A stretch of DNA of 64,000 nt from Deltaproteobacteria bacterium. GTDB taxonomy: Bacteria; Myxococcota_A; UBA9160; SZUA-336. Shown here piece by piece: positions 53,256 to 62,577 of the stretch (positions are counted from its first letter, which is position 1; each line of letters opens with the position of its first letter). A program made the position numbers and the translations under genes. The notes beneath the pieces are model-generated. The model did not search any database. It saw nothing but the letters and a program-made list of their open reading frames with translations, and had not been told where the DNA came from. Location of the stretch: NCBI GenBank assembly GCA_031396695.1, contig JANNLG010000091.1:3632-67631 (forward strand), written 5' to 3'.

Positions 53256-54068
53256 CTAGCCCCCGCTCACGGTGAGCCGCGCGCGGGCCGAACGCGAGAG
53301 CCAGGCGAGTCCGACGCCGATCCCTACGCCCCACGCCAACAGCTCGAGCAGCGTCACCAGCGCAGCTTCCGGCGCGAATCCGAACGCCATCCGGCCCGGT
53401 CCCCAGAGCATGGCGGGGAACGGCGAGCAGCGCGCCAGTGTGCGCAGCCAGTCCGGATACAGCTCGAGCGGTAGCAGGAGCCCGCCGAGCACGAACACGA
53501 GCTTCTGCCAGATCCAGTAGACCGGGCTCGTGTCCACGATCCAGAACGCGGACAGCCCGATCGCCGCCGTCGAGAGCACCGCGAGCACGCTCGCGAGCGC
53601 GCCGAGCGGCAACGCGAGCAGGAGACCGCGCGGATCCTCCGGAAACCCGCCCGCCATCCAGAAGGCGACCGCCGCGCCAGTCGGTCCGAGCACGAGCAGG
53701 CGCAAGCCCGTCTCGCCGAGCGCCTCCGCGATCTGCGTGCCGAGATAGGAGACCGGCCGAACCAGCCGGCAGGCGATGTCGCCGGAGCGAACGTCGGCCT
53801 CGATCGCCAGGAACAGGTGCGGCACGGACAGCAGACACCATTCGGTGACGGCCAGGTACCAGATCAGCTCCCGCTTGCCCGCGCCCGGGATCGCCTGGGG
53901 GCCCTGCCCCAGCACCGTCTCCCAAACGCGCGAGAAGATGAACACGATCACGCCGAGGAACAGGGCGCGGCCCGCGAGCACGGAGCGCTCGGCCAGCGCC
54001 CGGCGCGCGGACACCAACGCGATCGCACCGTACTTGCGGGTCGAACGGACGAAGCGATCGGCCGTCAT
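53256..54068 (-). CDS. ABC-2-type transporter permease
   Basis: 270 aa from the ATG at 54068 (ATGA overlap with the ATPase stop). Polytopic. Confidence 0.7.
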   Translation of the reverse strand: MTADRFVRSTRKYGAIALVSARRALAERSVLAGRALFLGVIVFIFSRVWETVLGQGPQAIPGAGKRELIWYLAVTEWCLLSVPHLFLAIEADVRSGDIACRLVRPVSYLGTQIAEALGETGLRLLVLGPTGAAVAFWMAGGFPEDPRGLLLALPLGALASVLAVLSTAAIGLSAFWIVDTSPVYWIWQKLVFVLGGLLLPLELYPDWLRTLARCSPFPAMLWGPGRMAFGFAPEAALVTLLELLAWGVGIGVGLAWLSRSARARLTVSGG

Positions 54069-55066
54069 GCGCGCGACACCGACCGGGCCGCGCCCGCGTA
54101 GATGGCGCTGACGATCTCCTCCATCGGCGGATCCTCGACCGACAGATCGAGCACGCGGGCGCCGGCCACGATCGCGGCAACCACACGGTCGACGCCGATC
54201 ACGTCGAGATCGACTTCGAGCTCCGTGCGGTGACTCGCGCTCGGCAGCCGCCTCACGCCCGGCAGGTCGACGCGCAGCTCCACCTCCTCGGTCACGACCG
54301 AGACGCGCTTCTTGGCGATGAAGCCCCTGCGCAGCGTGGCGAGGGAGCGATCGAGCAGGAGCCGTCCGTGATGGATCACGAGCACGCGCTCGCACACGCT
54401 CTCCATGTCGCCGGTGTCGTGCGAGGTGAGCAGGATCGTGCAGCCGTCCAGACGGCCGCGCTCGCGCAACAGGTCGCGAATGGTGGCCTTCGCGACCACG
54501 TCGAGCCCGATCGTCGGTTCGTCCAGGAACAGGATCTCCGGCCGGTGCAGGAGGCTCGCCACCAGCTCACAGCGCATGCGCTCGCCGAGCGAGAGCTGGC
54601 GCACCGGCTTCTCGACCACCTGCGCGATCTCGAAGCTCGCGACCAGGTCGTCGCGCCGGCGCCGGTACTCGGCCGGCTCGAGCTCGTAGATGCGCGCCAG
54701 CAGGTCGAACGTGTCCGCGGCCGGCAAGTGACTCCAGAGCTGCGAGCGCTGACCGAAAACCGCGCCGATCCGATACGCTAGCCGCGTGCGCTCGCGTCCC
54801 GGCTCGAGCCCGAGCACGCGCACCCGTCCGGCGGTCGGCTGCAGGATCCCCGACAGGATCTTCAGCGTGGTCGACTTGCCGGCTCCGTTCGGGCCCACGA
54901 ACGCCACGCGCTCGCCGGGCGCGATCGCGAACGAGAGATCGTCGACCGCCACCACCTCGCGCGTGCGCCGGACGAACAGCGCGCGCAGGGAGCCCGCGAG
55001 TCCGTGGGCGCGTTCGGTCACGCGAAACGTCTTGCGCAGGTTTTCGAGCTCGATCGCGGGCGCCAT
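54065..55066 (-). CDS. ABC transporter ATP-binding protein
   Basis: 333 aa from the ATG at 55066 (GGGGAG RBS). GPNGAGKST, LSLGERMR, LFLDEPT. Confidence 0.9.
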   Translation of the reverse strand: MAPAIELENLRKTFRVTERAHGLAGSLRALFVRRTREVVAVDDLSFAIAPGERVAFVGPNGAGKSTTLKILSGILQPTAGRVRVLGLEPGRERTRLAYRIGAVFGQRSQLWSHLPAADTFDLLARIYELEPAEYRRRRDDLVASFEIAQVVEKPVRQLSLGERMRCELVASLLHRPEILFLDEPTIGLDVVAKATIRDLLRERGRLDGCTILLTSHDTGDMESVCERVLVIHHGRLLLDRSLATLRRGFIAKKRVSVVTEEVELRVDLPGVRRLPSASHRTELEVDLDVIGVDRVVAAIVAGARVLDLSVEDPPMEEIVSAIYAGAARSVSRA

Positions 55067-55085
55067 GTCGACTCCCCGAAACGCC

Positions 55086-55119
55086 GAACGCCCTTCCGGA
55101 GGGATCCGGAAGGGCGTTC
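55086..55119. repeat. Perfect 14-bp inverted repeat (GAACGCCCTTCCGG-AGGGAT-CCGGAAGGGCGTTC)
   Basis: Read directly. Lies 20 bp upstream of the ABC ATPase ATG, in the 230-bp divergent gap shared with the GT39 gene. Could be an operator or a leader hairpin. Confidence 0.6.
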
Positions 55120-55296
55120 GAGGGTAAAACGCTGTCCTTCCGGCTACACGCGGGTCTCCGCGCAGACGCCGAGCGAGGCGCAAATCTGCGCGCGCTTCGC
55201 GAGCGAGCCGAGAAGGTCGAAAGCGGACATCGATGGCAGCTTCGCGTCCGCGGCCCGAGCTTGTCAAGCGATCGCTGTGCTAAAAGACGCCTCTCG

Positions 55297-56763
55297 ATGA
55301 CCCACGACAGCGAGCTCGATTCGGGACCGTGGTACCGGAGGCGCCTGGGCGGCGGCCTGTGCGCGGCGGTGTTGCTGATCGCGATGTCGGGCGTGCTGTT
55401 CCTGAACCTGCGCGAGGAGCCAGTGGCACGCTCGAGCGAGAAGCGCTGCCTCTCGGTGGTGCATTCGATGGTTCGGTCGGGCGACTGGATGGTCCCGCGC
55501 ATTCAGGGGCAGGCGCGGCTGCAGAAGCCGCCGCTGATGTACTGGGCGGGGGCCGCGACGGCGAGCCTGCTCGACGACACCAGCGCCTTCGCGGTGCGTC
55601 TTCCGTCGGCCCTCGCGACGCTCGCGCTGGTCGCGCTGGTGATCGCGTGGGGAGCGTCGCTGGGTGGGATCGGCCGGGGTCTGGCGGCCGGCGCGGTGAT
55701 CGTCGCCATGTACCAGCTCACGGCCTCGGGCCGGCGCGGCGACGCGGAGATGCTGCTCGCCTTTTTCTGTGCGGCGACCCTGTTCGCATTCGATCGCCTG
55801 CACTTCACGCGGCGACACGCGCTGCTGCCGCTGCTCGGCCTGCTCGCCGGGCTTGCGCTGCTCTCGAAGGCGACCGCGGTGTTCGTGGTCGTCCTCCTAC
55901 CCATCCTCGTCTTCCTCGCGCTCGAGGGTGAGCTGCGTCGGCTGCGCGAGCCCGGTCTGCTCGGCGCCATCGCGTTGGCATTCGCGATCGGCATCGCGTG
56001 GTACGTGGCGATCGTCGCGCGCGTGCCCGGCGCCTTCGAGTCGCTTTGGCAGGACCTGGTCCTGCCGCTCGGCTTCAGCTCGGAGTTCGGCGTCGACGCG
56101 AAGCACTACCAGCCGGTCTGGTACTACCTGACGGTTCTGCCGCGGCGCGCCGCGCCCGCGAGCGTGCTGCTGCCGATCGTTCTGTGGCGGCTCTGGACGA
56201 CGCGGGTGTACCGCGACGATCCGCGCATGCGCTTCGCGGCGCTCGGCTTCGTGGCGCCGTTCGTAGCGTTCTCGCTGCTGCCGCAGAAGCAGGCGCACTA
56301 CACGCTGGTGATGCTGCCGTCGCTCGCGCTGCTGTGCGCGGAGTCGCTCGCCGCGCTCGCGCCGCGGGCGCGCTTCTGGCTCGCGCGCGGGCTCGGCGCG
56401 CCGTTCGCGCTCGCGGGGATCGCCGCCACCGCGCTGCTCGCGCTGTACTTCCACTGGCTCGAAGCCCGGCCGCTCGCGCTGATCGTCCTCGCGTCGCTGG
56501 TCGTGGGCGGACTCTTCGCGGTCGCGCTGGTCGCGGCGCTGCGCGGTCGGCTCGCCGGTTTCGCGCTGGCGGCCGTGCCCGCCTTCCTGCTCGTGCTCGC
56601 GCTGCAGCGCGGCGTCGCGATGGTGCGCGCGCAGACGATCGAGGTGGATGGACTCACCCACCTGACGATCGACGAGCGCGAGCGCCTCTACCGCGTGTCG
56701 CGCGAGCAGCCCTGGTTCCTCGACCTGTTCCAGCTCGCACGCGAGCGCGACAACGGCGGCTAG
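55297..56763 (+). CDS. ArnT/PMT-like glycosyltransferase (GT39/GT83 family, polyprenyl-phosphate-sugar dependent)
   Basis: 488 aa from the ATG at 55297. Polytopic, with the periplasmic-loop motif RLQKPPLMYW. Confidence 0.8.
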   Translation: MTHDSELDSGPWYRRRLGGGLCAAVLLIAMSGVLFLNLREEPVARSSEKRCLSVVHSMVRSGDWMVPRIQGQARLQKPPLMYWAGAATASLLDDTSAFAVRLPSALATLALVALVIAWGASLGGIGRGLAAGAVIVAMYQLTASGRRGDAEMLLAFFCAATLFAFDRLHFTRRHALLPLLGLLAGLALLSKATAVFVVVLLPILVFLALEGELRRLREPGLLGAIALAFAIGIAWYVAIVARVPGAFESLWQDLVLPLGFSSEFGVDAKHYQPVWYYLTVLPRRAAPASVLLPIVLWRLWTTRVYRDDPRMRFAALGFVAPFVAFSLLPQKQAHYTLVMLPSLALLCAESLAALAPRARFWLARGLGAPFALAGIAATALLALYFHWLEARPLALIVLASLVVGGLFAVALVAALRGRLAGFALAAVPAFLLVLALQRGVAMVRAQTIEVDGLTHLTIDERERLYRVSREQPWFLDLFQLARERDNGG

Positions 56764-57485
56764 CGCGGCGCGGCGTCGATCTCGGGCAGGATCGCGCGCC
56801 GCATCAGCCACCACACGCCCAGCAGGTCGATGAGCGTCCGCCGCAAGCGCTTGAAGTTGGAGTACTTCGAGCGCCCCGTACGGCGCGGGCGGTGGTTCAC
56901 GTCGAGCTCGTGCACGGAGAGTCCCTGTCGCGCGAACAGCGCCGGCAGAAAGCGGTGCATGCCGTCGAACTGCGGCAGCTCGACGAACGCTTCGACCGCA
57001 AAGACCTTGAGCGAGCAGCCCGTGTCCGACGCGCCGTCGCGCAGCAGCGCACGGCGCGCGGCGTTCGCGAACCGACTCGCGAGCCGGCGCGAGAGCGAGT
57101 CGCGGCGAATCGCGCGACGCCCGATCACCACGTCGAAGCGTGCGGCTCGCTCCAGCAAGCCAGGCAGATCGGCGGGATCGTTCTGAAGATCCCCGTCGAG
57201 TGTGGCCACGTGCGAGAAGCGCGCAGTGCGCACACCGGCGAGCAGCGCCGCGGACTGGCCGAGATTCCACCGCAGCGGCACGAGCCGCACGTGGCGGTTG
57301 CGCTCGACGGCTTCGAACGCCCGCTTGCGCGTCTCGTCGCGGCTGCCGTCGTCGACCAGGATCAGCTCCCACGGGAGCTCGCGCACGCCGAGCACGGCCA
57401 CCAGCTCGGCGACCAGCGGGACGACGTTCTCCTCTTCGTCGAAGAGCGGCACGACGACCGACACGCCGGTGAGCTGCTCGGTCAT
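56760..57485 (-). CDS. GT2 polyprenyl-phosphate glycosyltransferase (ArnC/DPM1-like)
   Basis: 241 aa from the ATG at 57485 (ATGA overlap). VVVPLFDEEENV, LVDDGSRD, DGDLQNDP. Confidence 0.85.
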   Translation of the reverse strand: MTEQLTGVSVVVPLFDEEENVVPLVAELVAVLGVRELPWELILVDDGSRDETRKRAFEAVERNRHVRLVPLRWNLGQSAALLAGVRTARFSHVATLDGDLQNDPADLPGLLERAARFDVVIGRRAIRRDSLSRRLASRFANAARRALLRDGASDTGCSLKVFAVEAFVELPQFDGMHRFLPALFARQGLSVHELDVNHRPRRTGRSKYSNFKRLRRTLIDLLGVWWLMRRAILPEIDAAPR

Positions 57486-57763
57486 GCGACCTCGCGACGC
57501 CGCAGCGCGATGTTGCGCGCGTAGACCAGGAAGCCGGTCGACTGCCCGATGATGAACACCAGATCGCGCCGGTATAGCGAGTACAGCAGCAGCAGCGCCG
57601 AGCCGGCGATCGAGAGCTGCCAGAACACCTCCGGCACGATGCTGCGGCCCGCCCGTTCGGAGTGGATCCACTGCACGACGAAGCGGAGCGAGAAGATCGC
57701 CTGACCGATCAGGCCGAGGAGCAACCAGGGATCGCGCAGCGCATCGAGCAGCGCGTCGTTCAT
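57482..57763 (-). CDS. LAB_N (lipid-A-disaccharide synthase N-terminal-like) small membrane protein
   Basis: 93 aa with three TM segments. GQAIFSLRFVVQWIHSE motif. Commonly paired with ArnC-like GT2 genes. Confidence 0.75.
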   Translation of the reverse strand: MNDALLDALRDPWLLLGLIGQAIFSLRFVVQWIHSERAGRSIVPEVFWQLSIAGSALLLLYSLYRRDLVFIIGQSTGFLVYARNIALRRREVA

Positions 57764-57791
57764 CGCGCCCGCTTCGCGGCGAACCGCGGTG

Positions 57792-58661
57792 TTACGCGAT
57801 CCGCACCCAGCCGAACCAGAACGCGACGGCCATGACCGCGGACAGGCCGACGCGATACCAACCGAACGCGGCCAGCCCGTGGCGGTTCAGAAAGGCGACC
57901 AACCAGCGCACCGCCAGCGCGGCCGACAGCGTCGCCACCGCGACGCCGAGCGCGACCGAGCCGGCGCCCAGCGTTTCGATCAAGTTCGGTGTGCCGTCGC
58001 GGGCCGAGGCCAGCACGTTTTTGGCCAGCTTGTAGACGCAGGCGCCACCAAGCGTCGGCACGCCGACCAGGAACGAGAACTCGGCCGCGTCGCGCGGGCG
58101 CAGGCCCACGAGCGTGCCGCCCGCGATCGTCATCATCGAACGCGAAGTGCCGGGCCACATGGCGACGCACTGCAACAAGCCGATCGCGAACGCGCGCCGC
58201 CAGTCGAGCGCGTCCAGCGCCAGCGCGCCGCGCGGCTCCGCCGAGGCGCGCCCGCGATCCAGCCAGATCATCCACACGCCGCCGGCCAGCAGCGCTCCGA
58301 CCACCGGCAGCGGCCGGAACAGATGCAGCTCGAGCCAGTCGTCGAGCAGCGGGCCGAGGATCGCCGCTGGCAGGAATGCCACGGCGATGTTCCGCAGCAG
58401 GCGAAGCCCCGCTTCGTCGCGGCCCACGACTCCGCGCAACATCTGCGCGACGCGCGAGGCGTACAAGCCGAGCACCGCCAGGATCGCGCCGCCCTGGATC
58501 ACGATCGAAAAGGCGTCCAGCGCGGACTTCATCTCCGGCTGATCCAGACCGAGCAAAGACTGCGCCAGGATCAGATGGCCGGTCGAACTCACCGGCAGAT
58601 ACTCGGTGATTCCCTCGACCAGCCCGAGCACCGCCGCCTGCCACTTCTCGAGCATGCACAC
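57792..58661 (-). CDS. uppP: Undecaprenyl-diphosphate phosphatase
   Basis: 289 aa. GLVEGITEYLPVSSTGHLIL and the PGTSRS motif. The true start may be the third codon (ATG at 58655). Confidence 0.9.
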   Translation of the reverse strand: MCMLEKWQAAVLGLVEGITEYLPVSSTGHLILAQSLLGLDQPEMKSALDAFSIVIQGGAILAVLGLYASRVAQMLRGVVGRDEAGLRLLRNIAVAFLPAAILGPLLDDWLELHLFRPLPVVGALLAGGVWMIWLDRGRASAEPRGALALDALDWRRAFAIGLLQCVAMWPGTSRSMMTIAGGTLVGLRPRDAAEFSFLVGVPTLGGACVYKLAKNVLASARDGTPNLIETLGAGSVALGVAVATLSAALAVRWLVAFLNRHGLAAFGWYRVGLSAVMAVAFWFGWVRIA

Positions 58662-58775
58662 TCCGGGGAGGGAGGTGGCGGCAGGTTACAGAAGCGCGGC
58701 GTCGACAGCGAGCAGGCACGCGAGGGATTGAAGCCGATCGACTTGAATCCCCCGTGAGCGCGGCATGAGAAGCCC

Positions 58776-59897
58776 CTAATCGAGCCGCTTGCGGAAACGC
58801 AGGATCGCGATCCCGATCGCGACCGAGAAGAACAGCACGAGCGGCCAGACGTCGCGCGAGAGCTCGCCGAGCGTCGCGCCGCGCAGGACGATCCCGCGCA
58901 CGATGCGCAGGAAGTGCGTGAGCGGGAACACCTCCGCCAGCCAGCGCGCCGGCCACGGCATGCCGTCGAACGGGAACATGAAGCCCGACAGCAGGATCTG
59001 CGGCAGGAAGGTGACGAACGCCATCTGGAAGGCCTGGAACTGCGTCTGCGCGAGCGTCGAGATCAGGAGCCCGAGCGTGAGCGCGGCCGCGACGAAGACG
59101 CCCGTGCCCGCATACAGCCCGAGCAGGCTGCCCTGGATCGGCACGCCGAACACATAGCGGCCGAGCACCAGGATCAGCGTGACCTGCGCGTACCCGATCA
59201 GCACGTACGGCGCGATCTTGCCGACCATCAGCTCGGGCGTCTGCACCGGCGTGGTGATCAAGAGCTCGAGGTTTCCGCGCTCGCGCTCGCGCACGATCGC
59301 GACGGCGGTGAAGAGCACGAGCGTGAGCGTCAGGATGACACCGCACAGGGCCGGCACGATGTGCACGGGCGAGCGGCGCTCCGGGTTGTAGTACGCGCGC
59401 AGCTCGAAGACCGGCGCCGCACGTGCCGCCGCAGCCGCGGGTCGCGCGAAGCGATCGACCATCTCGAGCGACGCGAGCCCGCGCGCGGCCGCGAGCACGA
59501 TCGGGTCGCCGCCGTCGACGAGCAGCTGTGCGCGCGCGCGATCGCCGTCGATCGCGCGGCGCTCGAAGTCGGCGGGAATCACGATCCCGACCGAGATCCG
59601 CCCCTCCACCAGCTGGCGCTCGAGCGCCTCGACCGAGCGCGCGCTGTAGACCACGTCGATCACCTGCGTGGCTTGCGCGTCTTGCACCAGCAGGCGCGCG
59701 CGCTGCGTGCCCGCCAGGTCCACGACACCGGCGCGCAGGTGGCGCACGTCCTGGTTGATCGCGTAGCCGAACAGCATCGTCATCATCAGCGGCACACCCG
59801 CGACCATGCCGCCGGTCAGCCGGTCGCGGCGCAGGTGGCGGAACTCCTTGCGTGCGATGGCAGAGATGCGCGAGAGCGAGCGCGTAAAGCCGGTCAT
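58776..59897 (-). CDS. ABC-2-type exporter permease (YhhJ/YbhS-like)
   Basis: 373 aa from the ATG at 59897 (ATGA overlap). N-terminal ARKEFRHLRRD, a large periplasmic loop, then a 5-TM bundle. Confidence 0.8.
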   Translation of the reverse strand: MTGFTRSLSRISAIARKEFRHLRRDRLTGGMVAGVPLMMTMLFGYAINQDVRHLRAGVVDLAGTQRARLLVQDAQATQVIDVVYSARSVEALERQLVEGRISVGIVIPADFERRAIDGDRARAQLLVDGGDPIVLAAARGLASLEMVDRFARPAAAAARAAPVFELRAYYNPERRSPVHIVPALCGVILTLTLVLFTAVAIVRERERGNLELLITTPVQTPELMVGKIAPYVLIGYAQVTLILVLGRYVFGVPIQGSLLGLYAGTGVFVAAALTLGLLISTLAQTQFQAFQMAFVTFLPQILLSGFMFPFDGMPWPARWLAEVFPLTHFLRIVRGIVLRGATLGELSRDVWPLVLFFSVAIGIAILRFRKRLD

Positions 59898-60841
59898 GCG
59901 TTCGCCTCCGACTCGCGCAGGCGGCGCGTCGACGCGACGAACACGTCCTCGAGGCTCGCGCGCGCGAGCACCACGTGCGCGTCGACGTCGGCGTCGGCGA
60001 GCGCATGCGCGACCCGCGACGCCGGCTCCGCGACCTCGCGATCGACCAGCGCGTGCAGCCGCTGTCCGAGCTGCGCCACGCTCTGCACCTCCGAGAGTCG
60101 CGCCAGCACGTCGCGCGCCGCGCGCAGGTCGGGTCCCTCGATTTCGACCACCGCCGCCTCGATCTCGGCCATCAAGCGTTCCGGCGCGCCGTTCGCGACG
60201 ACCCGGCCGCGGTCCAGGATCGCGAGTCCGTGACAGCGCTCGGCTTCGTCCATGTAGTGCGTCGAGACGAGGATAGTCGTGCCACGCTCGACCAGCCGGA
60301 ACAAGCTCTCCCAGAAATCGCGCCGACTCTGCGGATCGACCGCGCTGGTCGGCTCGTCCAGGAACAGGAGCTCCGGCTCGTGCAGCGTCGCGGCGGCGAG
60401 CGCGAGCCGCTGCTTCTGTCCGCCCGAGAGCGTGCCCGCGCGCTGCTCGGCGCGCTCGCCGAGCCGGAACTCCTCGAGCAGCGCCTCGATGCGCGCGCGC
60501 CGCTGCGCTTTTCCGAGCGAGTAGATCTCGCCCAGGAACTCGAGGTTCTCGCGCACCGACAGATCCTCGTAGAGCGAGAAGCGCTGGGTCATGTAGCCGA
60601 GCTTGCGGCGCAGCTTCTCGGCGTCGCGCGGCATCTGCAGGCCGAGCACCTCCGCTTCGCCCTCGGACGGCACGAGCAGTCCGCACAGCATGCGGATCGT
60701 GGTCGACTTGCCCGAGCCGTTCGGGCCCAGGAAACCGTAGATCGCCGCGCGCGGCACTTCGAGATCGACGTGATCGACCGCGACCAGCGACCCGAAGCAG
60801 CGCGTGAGTCCGCGCGTGCGGATCGCGATCGCGTCGCTCAC
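59894..60841 (-). CDS. ABC transporter ATP-binding protein
   Basis: 315 aa. GPNGSGKST, LSGGQKQR, LFLDEPT. The GTG start forms a GTGA overlap with the adaptor stop. Confidence 0.9.
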   Translation of the reverse strand: MSDAIAIRTRGLTRCFGSLVAVDHVDLEVPRAAIYGFLGPNGSGKSTTIRMLCGLLVPSEGEAEVLGLQMPRDAEKLRRKLGYMTQRFSLYEDLSVRENLEFLGEIYSLGKAQRRARIEALLEEFRLGERAEQRAGTLSGGQKQRLALAAATLHEPELLFLDEPTSAVDPQSRRDFWESLFRLVERGTTILVSTHYMDEAERCHGLAILDRGRVVANGAPERLMAEIEAAVVEIEGPDLRAARDVLARLSEVQSVAQLGQRLHALVDREVAEPASRVAHALADADVDAHVVLARASLEDVFVASTRRLRESEANA

Positions 60842-61824
60842 TTCGGCACGGGCGCGGGCCCCGCCTCGGCTAGCGCGTCGAGCTCGAAGCGCACCTCGAC
60901 CGGCACGCCGGTCGGCAGATTCCGGTCGGGCACTCCGTCGATCTCGATCTCGGCCAGGTACGAGAGCCGGCCGCGGTCGTACTGCGTGAGCGCGAAGTAC
61001 GGCGTGAACGCGGCCTCGTGAGAGAGCATGCGCACCGTGCCCGCGAGCTCGCCCTCGAGACCCGCGATCTGCACGCGCGCGCGACTGCCGGCGGCGATGC
61101 GCGCGCGCACAGGCTCGGGCACGTACACGCGCGCGTAGGCCGGGTCGGACGAGAGCAGGATCGCGACCACCGCGCCGGCCGGCGGGCGCTCGCCGAGCTC
61201 GAACGGCAGCGCGTCCACGCGACCCGCGCGCGGCGCGCGTACCGCCAGGCGCGCGCGGCGAATGCCGATCTCGGCGACCTGCGCATCGGCGGCCGCCAGC
61301 GCGCCGCGCGCCTGATCGAGCTCTTCCGAGGTCGAGCCCTGTTCGAGCGCCTCGAGCGTGGCGCGGAATTCGTCGCGCCGCGCGATCGCCTCGTCGCGCC
61401 GCGCGCGCAACAGGTCGCTGCGCGCCTGCGACTCGAACGCGCGCTGCTCGAGCGCGCGCGCGCGTTCGAAGTCGGACTGCGCGTTGCGCACCGCGCTCTC
61501 GGCGCCGGCCAGCCGCGCGCGCGCTTCGCGAATGCGCTCGGCGCGCGGCCCGCGCTCGGCCTCGGCGAGCCGCGCGCGCAGCTCGTCGCGCGTGGCTTCG
61601 GCGCGCGCGTTCTGCGCATCGAGCAGCGCGTCGTCGAGCTGCACGAGCACCTGACCCGCGACGACGGCGTCGCCCTCGCGGACCAAGATCGCGACGATCG
61701 GCTCGTTCGCTTCCGCGACCAGCTCGATGCGGTCGCGCTCCAGCGTGCCCACGGCCGGGAGGTCGGCGGGATCGGAGCCGCAGGCCGCCAGCAGAACGAG
61801 ACTCGCGATCCGGGTACGCTTCAT
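60838..61824 (-). CDS. HlyD-family secretion adaptor, probable lipoprotein
   Basis: 328 aa from the ATG at 61824 (ATGA overlap with the TetR stop). Lipobox-like LLAAC, lipoyl motif, long coiled coil. Confidence 0.8.
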   Translation of the reverse strand: MKRTRIASLVLLAACGSDPADLPAVGTLERDRIELVAEANEPIVAILVREGDAVVAGQVLVQLDDALLDAQNARAEATRDELRARLAEAERGPRAERIREARARLAGAESAVRNAQSDFERARALEQRAFESQARSDLLRARRDEAIARRDEFRATLEALEQGSTSEELDQARGALAAADAQVAEIGIRRARLAVRAPRAGRVDALPFELGERPPAGAVVAILLSSDPAYARVYVPEPVRARIAAGSRARVQIAGLEGELAGTVRMLSHEAAFTPYFALTQYDRGRLSYLAEIEIDGVPDRNLPTGVPVEVRFELDALAEAGPAPVPK

Positions 61825-62501
61825 GTCGGCTCCACGCGCGCGCGCGCGCCGTCGAAGAACAGCCGCGTCGTGTGCTCGATCAGTCGTTCGCTGAACGCGG
61901 CGTCGAGCTCGTATCCGAGCACCTTGCCGGTGAGCGGGTGCGCGAGAAACGGGAAGATGCACATGCCGAACAGCGACAGCACCGCGAGCTTCGGCTCGAG
62001 GTCCGAACGCAGCTCGCCGCTCGCAACCTCGGCCGCGACCAGTCCGGGGATGAGCGCGGCCGCGCGCGTCGCGAAGCGCTCGATGAAGCGCGCGCGCGCC
62101 GCGGAGTCTCCGGTCACGATCTCGCGCAGGAGCAGCGCCGGCACCCACGGCTGACTCGCGATCGTCGCGATGTACATCCGCACCAGCGCAACCAACGGAC
62201 CGGTGCCGTCGTCCGGCTGCGCGGCCAGCTCGCGCACCCGCCCGAGCAGCTCCTCGAACACCGAGCCGAGCATCGCCTCGTACAAGCCGAGCTTGTCTCC
62301 GAAGTAGTACGAGATCATGCCCGGGGTCACGTCGGCCTCGCGCGCGATCTCGCGAATCCCCACCTCGCCGAAGCCGCGCTTGGCAAACAGCTCGCGCGCC
62401 ACCGCGACCAGCCGGCGCCGGACGTCGTCGGCCGACTCGCCGCGAGCCGGCCGACCCACCCGCTTCGCCTGCCCCTGCCTTCGTTCGTGCCGCAGTGCCA
62501 T
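61821..62501 (-). CDS. TetR/AcrR-family transcriptional regulator
   Basis: 226 aa. N-terminal HTH ELFAKRGFGEVGIREIAREADVTPGMISYYFGDK. Confidence 0.9.
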   Translation of the reverse strand: MALRHERRQGQAKRVGRPARGESADDVRRRLVAVARELFAKRGFGEVGIREIAREADVTPGMISYYFGDKLGLYEAMLGSVFEELLGRVRELAAQPDDGTGPLVALVRMYIATIASQPWVPALLLREIVTGDSAARARFIERFATRAAALIPGLVAAEVASGELRSDLEPKLAVLSLFGMCIFPFLAHPLTGKVLGYELDAAFSERLIEHTTRLFFDGARARVEPT

Positions 62502-62510
62502 GGCTAGAAA

Positions 62511-62530
62511 TTATTCGAACGATCGATTAA
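62511..62530. promoter_or_regulatory. AT-rich imperfect palindrome TTATTCGAACGATCGATTAA, candidate TetR operator/promoter
   Basis: 16 of 20 positions are self-complementary. Lies 10 bp upstream of the TetR ATG, in an unusually AT-rich patch of a GC-rich window. Confidence 0.35.
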
Positions 62531-62577
62531 ATGCAAGCCGAGCCTGAATGACGGACGAAGGTCTCGCGCGCCGAGCC

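Noticed and set aside
58724-58751. The hairpin GGGATTGAAG-CCGATCGA-CTTGAATCCC downstream of the ABC-2 permease, considered as a rho-independent terminator.
   Set aside because: The stem contains a G-G mismatch and no U-tract follows it on the minus strand. I cannot distinguish it from a chance GC-rich structure.
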